From Squalus acanthias (taxonomy: Eukaryota), in the NCBI GenBank assembly GCA_030390025.1, contig CM059431.1, positions 151,034,001 through 151,098,000 of the forward strand: a DNA stretch of 64,000 bases, given 5' to 3'. The notes under the pieces are model-generated. The model was not told the origin of the DNA. It saw only the letters and a program-made list of their open reading frames with translations, and made no database searches. Numbering within the stretch: position 1 is the first letter of the stretch; the number at the start of each line of letters is the position of its first letter. The position numbers and the translations under genes are program-made. Below are positions 48,201 through 59,229 of this stretch, piece after piece.

Positions 48201-48670
48201 GGAGCACTCTACGCTGCCGAGCTGCCCTGCCATGTCCTACCCTTAATTTACTCCATTTACTTCCTTTAAATTAAAGAATATTAAATACACTAGGGACCTT
48301 TCTCACTTTAAACACTCCTTACTCTAAACTAGAGACATTACATTTACTTTAACGACTGGACTGTAGAAATACTCACCGGACCGACTGACCAATCAGCTCG
48401 TTCCATTGTGCCGACATCACTTTAAATCTCTGACGTCACTTTCGAATGTTGCCTGTTGAGGTCTGCTCTCGCTGCTGCTCCCAATAGCTCGGTCAGGGCC
48501 TCAAGCCTGGGGCTTTATTTCCTCGCTCCTCCTTCGCCTGTTCCCTCACAAGTCGGTCCGCTCTCGCTGATGCTCCAAATAGCTCGGTCAGGGCCTCGAG
48601 ACTTGGGCTTTATTTCCTCGCTCCTCCTTCGCCTGTTCCCTCACAGTTCGGTCTGCTCTCGCTGCTGCAA
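45204..48670 (-). mobile_element. CR1 LINE B (middle), 5' part: RT N-terminal half, endonuclease, ORF1 and 5'UTR
   Basis: ORFs 45166-45726 (GVPQGSVLGP…INDLDEGTKCNI), 46640-47158 (YLNAPSIRNK…GDFN) and 47444-48196 (CRKC…HIGTND). Joins in register to 40205-41140. Confidence 0.93.
48460..48668. repeat. 95-bp tandem monomers (2 copies plus a partial third) at the 5' end of LINE B
   Basis: ggtc(t/c)gctctcgctg starts at 48460, 48555 and 48650; the first two units are near identical. Confidence 0.9.
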
Positions 48671-48674
48671 CCAA

Positions 48675-49320
48675 AAGCAAGTGATTGTTAACTTTATCCC
48701 CGATTCTTCTTTCTAAAAGATCCCCACTACCGAGGTTAAACTGACTGGCCTGTAGTTGCTGGGCTTATTATTACACCCTTTTTTAACATTTGCAACTCTC
48801 CAGTCCTCTGGCACCACCCCCATTTCTATGCAGGATTGGAAGATTATGGCTGGTAACTCCGCAAATTCTTCCTTCACTTTCCTCAGCGTCCGAGGATGCA
48901 TCCATCTGGTCCTGGTGACTTATGTAATTTAAGTACAACCATCCTTTCCAGTTCCTCATATTTATCATGTTATCCCATTCAGTATATCCTCTACTTTCTC
49001 CTTCACTATGTCTATGGCAGCATCTTCTTCCTTGATGAGACAGATGCAAGTACTTATTTAGGACCTCAGCGATGCGCTCTACCTCGATTAATACGTCTCC
49101 TTTTGGTCCCTATTCGGCTCCATCCCTCTTCTTACTACCTGATCACTATGTATATGCCTATAGAAGACTTTTGGATTACCTTTTATGTTAGCAGCCATTC
49201 TATTCTCATAACCCTCTCATTGACCCTCTTATTTTCTTTTTGTCTTCTGCTCTGAACTTTCTATATTTAGCCTAATTCTCAGATGTATCCTCGGTCTGCC
49301 AACTGTCTTACGTGCTCTTT
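48675..49320 (-). mobile_element. CR1 LINE A (outermost), upstream part of ORF2
   Basis: ORF 48713-48901 MHPRTL…VPEDWRVANV…NYRPVSLTSVVG. Confidence 0.85.
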
Positions 49321-49491
49321 TTTTCCGATTCTGGGAAGGGAGAGAAATGTTTATAAAAAGCAAAATCTTTAACAAACTGAAATGGTAAAAGCTGTACAAG
49401 GCCAAAGAGCGAAACTGAATTTATTTTCGAATTATTCATAATCAAAAAGCAAAACCTTTGGAAATTGAGAAGTGAAGATGTTGGGCACTGG

Positions 49492-50160
49492 AATCATAGA
49501 ATGATATAACACAAACGGAGGCTGCTCGGCCCATCGTGCATAGGCCAACTCTTTGGTCGAGCACTGCAATCAATCCCAATCCCTGCTCTTTTCCATAGTC
49601 CGGTAATTTATTTCCCTTCAAATTTGTATCCTTTAAATCTTTTGAATGTTACTATTCAATCTCCTCTCACCACCCTTTTCAGGCAGTGCATTCCAGATCA
49701 CAACAATTCGCTGCGTAGAAAACTGTTTCCTCATGTCGCCTCTGGTTCATTTGCCAATCACCATCAATCTGTGTACGCTGGTTATCGTCGTTCCTGCCAC
49801 TGGAATCCGTTTCTAATGATTTACTTTATCTAAACAATTGTTGATTTTGAACACCTCTATCAAATCTCCTCTTAACCTGCTCTGCTCTAAGGAGAGTAAA
49901 GCCCAGCTTCTCCATTCTAGCCACATAATTGAAGTCGTTAATCCTGGGTACCATGTCGTAAATCTCTTCTGCTCCCTCTACAAAGCCTTGATATCATTCA
50001 TAAAGTGTGATGCCCAGAACAATAATCCAGCTGATGCCTATCCAATGATTTATAAAAGAATAGGGTAACTTCCCCGCTTTGTAATTATATCTCAATTAAT
50101 AAAGCCAAGGATCTCATATGCTTTTCTAACTATATCCTCAACATGCCCTGCCACCTTCAA
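49492..50160 (-). mobile_element. Decayed CR1 3' fragment
   Basis: aatcatagaatg tail, ctcggcccatcg 3' motif and acctctatcaaatctcctcttaacc (RLRGDLIEV on the minus strand). Confidence 0.8.
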
Positions 50161-50278
50161 GCTGTGGAGAGGGGAGCTGACGGTGCATGAATTATCAGGG
50201 CAGCTGTGGGCACGGAATGGAGCGGCTGCAGTTCCTTACCACAGCCATTCAGTGTCGCTGTTTCAGTCGCCCATCAGA

Positions 50279-50351
50279 GACCCGATAGCTCAGTCGGTGG
50301 AGCATCAGACTTTTAACCTGAGTGTCCAGGCTTCAAGTCCCTGTCCGAGCG
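50279..50351 (+). tRNA. tRNA-Lys(TTT)-like gene, probably a pseudogene
   Basis: 73-nt match to vertebrate tRNA-Lys-TTT (…gatagctcagtcggt…agcatcagacttttaa…gtccagg…ttcaagtccctgt…). Three acceptor-stem mismatches, G53 changed to C in the T-stem/B-box, and an A31-C39 mismatch. Confidence 0.85.
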
Positions 50352-50669
50352 CTGCTTTCTATCAATGGAAACATCATTTGATTTAGACTTCAACGCAACT
50401 AATTTGATTACAACACTAAAGTTGGTTTATATTGCAAGACAAATGAAAACTATTCATGTATTATATGAGGCTGCAGGAAAGATCAGTGGGAATTGCTCGT
50501 TTTTTTATGGTGCTGAGGCCTATCCGATGCATTGTAAAAATTTAGCAGAATTTCCTTGCTTTGAACTCTATTCCTCTGTTAATAAAGCCAAGGTTCCCAT
50601 ATGTTTTTTAACTACATTCTCAACTTGCCCTGCCACCTTCAAAGATTTGTGGACATAAACCCCCGGCGG

Positions 50670-51832
50670 TTAGATTAGGCCTTCGATAAGGTACCCCATA
50701 ATATACTGATGAACAAGGTCAGAGAATGCGGAGTCAGGCGTCAAGTAGCAGAATGGATTGCTGGCTGGTTTCAGAAAAAAAATAGAGAGTAGAAGCAAAT
50801 GATAGCTATTCACAGTGGCAGAAGGTGGGTAGTTGTGTTTCACAAGGATCAGTGCTGGGACCACTGCTGTTCACATTTTAAAGTAACGATTTAGACTTAG
50901 GAATCAAAAACACAATTTCTAAATTTGCGGATGACACCACATTGGGGGAGGGGGTAGTCAATACTGAGGAGGACTGCAACAAGTTACAGGAGGACATGAA
51001 TAAACTTGCAGAATGGGCATATAATTGGAAAATGAAGTTCAACGCTGATAAATGTGAGGTATTACATTTTGGCAAGAGGAATAGGGAGGTCACTTATCAC
51101 TCGGAGTGTTTGCGTCTAGTAGAGGTAGAGAGACAAAGGGATCTAGGAGTACAAATACACAACTCACTAAACGTTGAGACACAGGTTAGCAGGGCCATAA
51201 AAAGCAAACCAAGCATTATGGTTTATTTCTAGAGAGATAGAATAGAAAAGTAGAGAAGTTATGCTAAACCTGTATAGAACCTTGGTGAGACCACACTTAG
51301 AGTACTGCGTATAGTTCTGATCGCCATATTATAAAAAGCATAGAGAAGCACTGGAGAGGGTTGAGAAAATATTTACAAGGATGATACCATAAATGCGAGA
51401 GTATATATATCAGAAAAGGATGAATAGGCTGGGTCTCTAATCTCTTGATATAAGAAGGCTGAATGGTGACCTAATAGAGGTCTTTAAAATTATGAAAAAA
51501 ATTGTTAGAGTGGAAAGAGAGAGAATATTTCCACTTTTGGGAAGAGCACAACTAGAGACCATCAATAAAAGATAGTCACCAAGAAATCCAATAGGGAATT
51601 CAGGAGAAACTTATTTACCCAAAGAGTGGTGAGAATGTGGAACTCGCTACTACAGGGTGTGGTTGAAGCGAATAGGATAGATGCATTTAAGGGGAGGCTA
51701 GTCAATGAGGGAAAAGCAAATGGAGGGTTATGCTGATAGATTTAGATGAGGAAAGACGGGAGGAAGTTCGTATGGAGCATAAACGCCGGCATGAACAGGT
51801 TGGGCCGAATCGCCTGTTTCTGTGCTGTATAG
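50670..51832 (+). mobile_element. Decayed CR1 fragment (RT to 3'UTR)
   Basis: caaggatcagtgctgggacc (QGSVLGP), SKFADDT, MKFNADKCEVLHFG and the 3' motif gggccgaatcgcctgtttctgtgctgta. Confidence 0.9.
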
Positions 51833-51842
51833 TGGCATTGTG

Positions 51843-52270
51843 TCATAACGGCACAGAATGAGGCCATTCGGCCCATCGAAGACGTGTCGGCTCTCTGTAG
51901 AGCAATTCAGTCAGTCCCATTCCCCCGCTGTATCCCCGTATCCCTGCAGATTTATTTCCCTCAAATGCCTATCCAGTCTCCCCTTGGAAACAATGAGTGT
52001 GTCCGCTTCCACCACTTCCGTCGTACAGTGAGATCCAGGCCCTCACCACTCGCTGCGTAAAACAGTTTTTCCTCACACCCCGCTGTATCTCTTTCCCAAA
52101 ACCTCAATTCTGTGTAGAACCGCAGGAAAATAGGAGCAGGAGTAGGACATTCGGGCCTTCGAGCCTGCTCCGCCATTCAATATGATCATGGCTGATCCTC
52201 TATCTCAATACCATATTCCGCTCTCTCCCCATACCCCTTGATGTCAGTTGCTGCTAGAAATCTATGTATC
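51843..52270 (-). mobile_element. Two short CR1 3'-end fragments (about 51843-52112 and 52120-52270)
   Basis: aggccattcggcccatcga and aggagcaggagtagg…cgagcctgctccgccattcaat 3' motifs, matching the ends of other CR1 copies in the window. Confidence 0.8.
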
Positions 52271-52279
52271 AAAAGGTAA

Positions 52280-52392
52280 TTTCAGAAGTGGGTTTCGAAA
52301 CAGCGTCTCCTCGAACGGGACCAGAATTCACCAACCTTTGTTAAGGATTAACATGTTGTATGAGTCTGGCGCCTTAGATCACTCAGCCTGAC
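52280..52392 (-). tRNA. Intron-containing tRNA-Leu(CAA)-derived pseudogene (anticodon position now reads CAT)
   Basis: Reverse strand gtcagg…gagtgatctaaggcgccagactcata, ~32-nt intron, ttctggtc…ttcgaaacccacttctga matches the vertebrate Leu-CAA body. There is a short deletion after the acceptor stem and a TTTT just downstream. Confidence 0.8.
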
Positions 52393-52598
52393 AAATATGC
52401 AACTGTGTCCCCTTGCCCTTGTAACACCAACTAGTGGGAACAACCTTTCCCCGTCTAGCCTATCCAAAGTGCGAGAAATATTTCCTGACACCTGTTGATT
52501 TTCACAAGAACCATCGGTTTATGTCCCAAAAGAAGGCGGCAATTCTCAAACGGAACACGGACTGTAATTGAGCTTGAATTAGGGCAGGAAGATATAGT

Positions 52599-54414
52599 TC
52601 AATTCTTCATTTAATTAACCAATGTCAAAATCAATGTCCAACGAGATTGCACCACCTTCTTCAGCTCTTCATTGAATTTGGTTCGGGGTCGCTGCATAAA
52701 TACACGTGTTTGGACAGTAACTCAAATACATGAGCATATATCCGCTTTCAGCCAGAATGTATTCAGGGGCTTCATAATCATCCTTGTAGTAAACGGCCAG
52801 GCTGTCCGTGAAACTACTCACGGTAGCTGTCATCCACAAGAGTAAAAAGCTGCCCAATATAGTGAAGAGTAAAATGATGGATTTTCTCCGGCTCTCCTCT
52901 CTGGATCGCTCTGATTCTCACTGCTGTGGCCCCGGAATCCCCTGCGGGCCCTACTGCTTACTACAATGCGTCTGATTTTCGAACAATTAAACATTCATAT
53001 CAAAGCAAAAGTCAGCAATGGAACTAAAATACTTTGCAGTCGGAAGAACGATACACATCCAGACGATGAAAAAAAGGCTTCATTGGAGCGGCAACCCCAG
53101 GAAACATTGTTAATGATTCGTTGAGATTCATGGGAGAAACGAAAGGGGATATTTTCTATACAGAACAGCACAGTGACAGTTATTAAACCTGCTGCGGCAG
53201 TTCACACTGTGCAATACTTTGTTTTCAACTTCTGACAACATATCGCTAGAAATCGGTCAAAATTGAATGAGACTGTGAACCACACCGACATATACAGTGT
53301 GACAGTATTGATGTATTGAATGGACTTACACAGGGCAGTGTAGGACAGGACTGAATGCGGAAAGTGGTAACAAAAAATCTGAAACACCAGTAACTGGGAG
53401 ATTATGCCGTAAGATCTGCTGTCGCCATGGCCACCATGTAGACCGAGATACATTTGGAAAGGCCGCAATTTCCGCTAGAGAGAATCAGGATTGTCAGTAG
53501 GTTCGCTGTAAGGAAGAGGGAGAAGAGGCCAGTAACGGTGATACTCAGATAAATCTCACAGGATATTGTGGGGGAATGCTCAGATGTGTCCCTACTTAGC
53601 GTTACGTACCCCCATTTGTTTTACTATATAGGCGAGCGTTGAGGAGATTTGATTTAGAAGAAATGAAACATTGAATATTCAATATAGAGGGACTCAAATT
53701 CCGACTCCCTTCCACCATACTTCAGACAGCGGTTAAATATAATGTCGCTGCAATTGCTGGAAAGATATGGCTGCAATAAAATATTCAGCTGATAAACATA
53801 TATTTGAATACATGTCGAAAACTCTGCGCTTTTTCTATTTACGGTCGCCCCGGGGGGAGCTGCTCGGTAACAGAGCGGGAGCTGGTGGAGCCGCGAAGGT
53901 TCTTTGCAGCCGAGCGGAGGGGAGCAACTCCCTGAGCGGCAATTGTTGCTCATAATATCTTTCAAAGTCCACTGTTGGGGGGAGGTTCCTGCAATCCGAG
54001 CAATTACCAACTGATAATAAACAGGGAACAAATGTACAAATGAGATTGTAACCATGCACACTAGGCAGCACATTCTGTAGTGATCCATATAGTTTTGGAG
54101 GGGCCGCGGAATCAGCCTCGCCCTCCCTCAGTATAGAGAGGAAAGTTGAGCGCCCGGTGCCCACGATCTACCGGACAGAATAGCGCTTCACCGGCCGCGC
54201 GGTCTGGTAGGATTCCCACAGATATTTATCAAATTATCCCGGTGGTTAAATGACTCTGCAAAGGGGACCTTCACGGAATCTGTTACATAATCATTAGCAG
54301 TGAGACACTCAACAGCTATTAAACAACAGGTTACATTGAATTACTGAGAAAAACAAAGGCTGCAAGAACATGATAGTATATGTCCTTTATCTGTAGAATT
54401 ATTGGCCGAGCCAT
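52599..54414 (-). pseudogene. GPR139-like class A GPCR pseudogene, copy 2; exons 54414-54345 and 53505-52599
   Basis: Exon 1 reads MARPIILQIKDIYYHVLAAFVFL, then a GT donor; exon 2 reads NLLTILILSSGNCGLSKC…. A frameshift after MATADL gives TAA near 53403, and there is an in-frame TGA at 53202-53204. FDRF and NTCIY are still readable. Confidence 0.9.
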
Positions 54415-54444
54415 TTTTAGAAGATTGTGTGAATTGGGCATCAT

Positions 54445-57050
54445 TTGTATTAGAGTAGGGTCGCCATCGTTTATATTAGAGTAGGGTCACCACCAGTAAT
54501 TTTAGAGTAGGGATATTTCCAGTAAATTTAGACTAGGTTTAACACTGGTAATGTCAGAGACGGGTCACCACCAGTAATGTTACAGTAGTGTCACCACCAG
54601 TATTGTTTGAGTCGGTTCACCACCAGTAATGTTAGGTTACGGTCACCGCCACTAATGTTAGAATAGGGTCACCACCATTAATGTTAGTGGAGGTTCACCA
54701 CCAGTAATGTTAGAATAGGGTCAACACCAGTAATGTTATTGTAGGGTCATTGCCAGTAATGATAGATTAGGTTCACCACCAGTAATGTTACATTAGGTCA
54801 CCACCAGTAATGTTATGAAGGTTCACCACCACTAATTTCAGAGTAGATTCACCACCAGTATTACTCGAGCAGGTTCGCCCCCAGTAATGTGAGCCTTGGG
54901 ACATCAACACTAATGTTAGTGCAGCCTCAGTGCCAGTACAGTTCCAATAGTGTCACCACAAATAATGTTATACTCAGTTCACCACCAATAAGGTTAGAGT
55001 AGATGTAACACCAGTAATGTTCTTATCGGATTATCAGCAGTAATGTTAGAGTAGACTCACCATCATTAATGTTAGAGGAGTGTCACCAGCAGTAATGTAA
55101 AAGAAGGTTCACCGCGAGTAATGTTAGTAGGATTACCATCAGTAATGTTAGAATAGAGTCACCAACAGTAATGTTAGATTAGAATCACCACGAGTAATGT
55201 TAGAATAGGTTCACCACCAGTACTGATAGAGTAGGGTCACCACCAGGAATGATAGAGTCGGGCCACCACTATTAATGTTAGACTAGGTCCACCACCATTA
55301 ATGTTAGTGTTGGTTCGCCAGCGTTAATGATAGTCAAGGTTCACCACCAGTAATGTTAGAATATATTCTCCACCAGTAATGTTAAAGTAGGATCCCCGAC
55401 AGTAATATTATATATGTGTCACCACCAACAATGTCAGCGTTGGTTCACCACCAGTAATGTTATAGTTGGAACACCGGCACTAATGTCAGTGTAGGATCAC
55501 CACCAATAATGTTAGACTAGGTTTAACATAAGTAATGTTAGAGTCGGGTCAATACCAGTAATGTTAAAGTAGGGTCATCAGCATTAATGTTAGAGAAGGT
55601 TCATCACCAGTAAAATATAAGTAGGATCACCACCAGTAATGTTAAAGTATTGCCATTACCAGTAATGGTAATGCAGATTCCCCGTCAGTAATGTTGGAGT
55701 ACAGTCATCACCATTGATGTTAAAATAGACTCATTACAAGTAATGCTAAAGTAGGGTTACCGCCTTTAATGGTCGAGTAGGGTCCCCAGCAGTAATGTTA
55801 GAGAGGAGTCACCACAATTAATGTTAGTGTAGGGTCACCATCAGTAATGTTAGAGCAGGGTAACCACCAGTAAAGTTAGAGTAGGGTCACCAGCAATAGT
55901 GTTAAATGAATGTCACTACCAGTAATGTTAAAGTATGATCACCGCCAGTAATATTACTGTAGGGTCAGCAGCAGTAATGTTAGGCTAGGGTCAGCACCAC
56001 TAATGTTAGAGTAGGGTCACCACCAGTAATATTAAAGTAGGGCATTTTCCAGTAATGTCAGGGTAGAGTCACCACAAATAAAGTTGGAGTCGGGTCACCA
56101 CCACTAATGTTACAGTAGGCTCACAACCAATAATTTTAGATTAGGGTCACCACCAGTAATATTACAGTAGGGCATCCTCCAGTAATGTTAGAGTAGGGTC
56201 ACAACAACTAATGTTAGTGTCGGGTCACCACCACTAATGTTACAGTAGGCACGCAAGCAGTAATTTTAGAGTAGGGTCACTACCAGCAATGCTAGATTAC
56301 GATCACCACCAGTAATGTATGAATAGCTTCAGCACCATTAATGTTAAAGTAGATTCACCACCATTAATGTTAGAGTAGGTTCACCAACAGTAATGTTGGA
56401 GTAGGGTCAACACCATTAGTGTTAGAGCAGATTCACCACAAGTAATGTTGGAGTAGGGTCAGCACCAGAGATAGCAGTTTAGAGTCACAACCAGTAATGT
56501 TAGAGTAGGTTCACCACCAGTAATGTTAAAGTAGAGTCACCACCAGTAAGGCTAGAGTCGAGTCATCACCAGTAATCTTAGAGTAGGGTCACCAGCATTA
56601 AAGTTAGAGCAAATTCACCAGAAGTAATGTTAGAGTACGGTCAGCACCAGAGATTATAGTTTAGAGTCACCACCAGTAATGTCAGAGTAGGGCCACCACC
56701 AGTAATGTTAGAGTAGATTCACCACAAGTAATGTTGAATTAGATTCACCGCTACTAACGGTAGAGTATGGCCCCAGCAGTAATGTTAGAGTAGCGTCACC
56801 ACAATTAATGTTAGAGTAGGGTCAGCACCAGAGATATTAGTTTAGAGTCACCACCAGTAATGTTAGAGTAGGGTCCCCAGCAGTAATATTAGAGTAGGGT
56901 CACCACCAGTAATGTTAGAGTATAGTCACCACCAGTAATGTTTGAGTGAGGTCCCCACCAGTAATGTTACAGTAGAGTTATCAGCAGTAATGTTAGAGTA
57001 GGGTCACCACCAGTATTTTTAGATCCTTTTCACCAACAGCAGTGTTAGCG
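54445..57050 (+). repeat. 26-bp tandem array, same family as 27171-28460, ~100 units
   Basis: Many perfect gtcaccaccagtaatgttagagta units; same orientation as the first array. Confidence 0.97.
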
Positions 57051-57086
57051 CCGATTCATCTTCACAATGTAAAACCAATTTTAAAT

Positions 57087-57441
57087 ATGTAATGGATGAC
57101 AGAAGATTTCACCCGATTATTATGAGGCCCCAAGAACCTAACGCCTTGACCGAGAGTGGTGCTCCCTTCAGAAATCACATCACTGGCGCAAAGATCACTT
57201 TCCGATCATTAATTTTAAAGGGCGGATTTTCATGTACTGAGGGACACAATTTCCCCATTGGCATCCCCGGTGCACTGTAGCGAAAAATTGTTTGTTACGT
57301 GCTTGTAAGAAACGTCAGTTATTGTGGAATCTGATTTTCTCACGGGGCTCCGAGTGTTCTATAAAGGGGGAGCATTTCCGGATCTCAGATACCTCCAGTC
57401 AGAAACGTGAACCGGACAGAATTCACACAACCTTCTATAAA
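57087..57441 (+). promoter_or_regulatory. Putative proximal promoter and 5'UTR of GPCR copy 3 (TATAAA at 57360-57365)
   Basis: Homologous to 28465-28836 from atgtaatggatga onward; TATA 82 bp before the ATG; ATG context aaaATGG. Confidence 0.72.
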
Positions 57442-59229
57442 ATGGCAAGGCCAATAATTCTACAGATAAAGGAAATTTACTATCCTGTTCTCGCAGCATT
57501 TGGTATTCCCGGTAAATCCGTTTATTCTGTTGCTTAATAGCTGTTGACTATCTCACTGCTAATAATTACGTAACAGATTCCGAGAATACTCTCATTGCAG
57601 AGTCACTTATCCCAGCGAGCAGAATCGGGGAATATCAGCGGAAATCCGACCAGTCCTCGCATTCTGTACATTCGATCCTGAGCATCGTGCGCTCAGGATT
57701 CCTCCCTTTACTGTGGGAGGGCGAGGTTGATTCTCCGGCCCCTCCAACAGTATAATGTTCACTGCAGAATGTGGTGGTTTGTGCCCATGGTGATCATCTC
57801 ATTTGTGCCGTTGTTCCCTGTCTATTCTAAGTTGATAATTGCTCGGATTGCAGCCACCTCCACCCAACTTTGAAAGAGATTTTGAGCAATACTGCCGCTC
57901 GGCTGCAAAGAACCTCTGCGGTTCCACCTCGTCTCGCTCTGTTCCCGAGTAGATCCGCTCGCGATGATGATAAATCGGAAAATCCCAGGTTATCGACGTT
58001 TGTAGTATGCTTGCCTTTCAGTTGAATGTTACATTTGAATTCATATCTTTGCAGTAAATGCTGTAAAATTATTTTTAATATTTTTCGAGGACTGAAGGAA
58101 CTTTGCTGGACGGACGCGGGATTTTAAGTCCCTCTAGTGTTCAAAGATTTATTCTTTTTAAACATGATGCCGTCAACGCTCGCCGATGTATAAAAATGTA
58201 TTACCGTGCATAACCCTAAATAGGGACACATCTGAACTTTCCCCCACTTTATGTTTTAATGTATAGATGGGTGTCACCGTTACATACTTCGTTTCCCTCT
58301 TCCTTACAGCGAACCTACTGACAATCGTGATTCTCTGCGGAGGAAATTGCGGCCTTTCCAAATGTATCTATGTCTACATGGTGGCCATGGCAACAGCAGA
58401 TCTACTGGTCATGATCAACAATGTGACAGTGTATCACACTCTTACATATCACTTTCCAGGTTCTTTCCTGTCCTACACTGCCGTTTGTAAGCTAATTGTG
58501 TACGTGAATTCTCTCGCACTAGATATGTCGGTGTGGCTTACAGTCCTGTTCACATTTGACCGATTTGTAGCTATATGTTGTGAGCAGTTTAAAACAAAGT
58601 ATTGCACAGTCAAAACGGCTGTCGCTGTTGTAACAACCGCCACTGTCCTCTTCTGTTTAAAGAACATCACCTTTTGGTTTGCATATGAACCTGAGCGAAT
58701 AACTAACAATGTTCCCTGGGGATGTCGCTCAAGAGTGGACTTTTTTCTATCAGCTGCAGGGACAGCGTTCTTCTGGTTACAAACTATTTTAATTCCATGG
58801 CTACCTTTTGCTTTGATATTACTGTTTAATTGTTTGACAGTCAGACGTATTTTAGTGGCCAGTAGAGCCCGCAGGAGACTCCGGGATCACAGCAGTGAGA
58901 ATCAGAGCGATCCAGAGATGGAGAATCGAAGGAAATCCATTATTTTACTGTTCAGTGTATCAGGTAGTTTTATAGTGTTGTGGCTGACAGCTGCCGTGAG
59001 TTTTTTAACTACCAGACTGACAAACCCCGAGCATAAGCGAGACGATTATGCAGCCCCAGCATATGTCGCCACAGTAACCGGATATCTACTCATGTATTTG
59101 AGCTCCTGTACAAACACCTGCATTTATGCAGCGACCCAAACTAAATTCAGGGAAGAGCTGAAGAAGGTGGTGACATCTCCTTGGGCATTGATTCTGATTT
59201 TGGTTAAATTAAATGTAAAATCAAACTGA
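57442..59229 (+). CDS. Intact GPR139-like (probable G-protein coupled receptor 139 family) class A GPCR, join(57442..57511,58310..59229), 329 aa
   Basis: 70-bp exon 1 MARPIILQIKEIYYPVLAAFGIP and a 798-bp phase-1 GT..AG intron with polypyrimidine tract give IYYPVLAAFGIPANLLTIVIL (compare GPR139 [21 protein letters not shown]). Also MATADLLV (TM2), TM3 Cys, TFDRFVAIC, ECL2 WGC, RKSIILLF (TM6) and NTCIY (TM7). 990 nt open to TGA. A paralog rather than a clear one-to-one ortholog, so no symbol is given. Confidence 0.92.

Noticed and set aside
47337..48269. 310-aa + strand ORF
   Set aside because: Antisense shadow of LINE B ORF1.
50279..50351. Functional tRNA-Lys
   Set aside because: Acceptor, anticodon and T stems all contain mismatches, and the B-box G53 is mutated.
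58267..58309. ATG at 58267 as the start of a single-exon 320-aa GPCR
   Set aside because: The first 14 codons are the intron's polypyrimidine tract and acceptor; the ATG is not conserved in copies 1 and 2, while the upstream 70-bp exon is.
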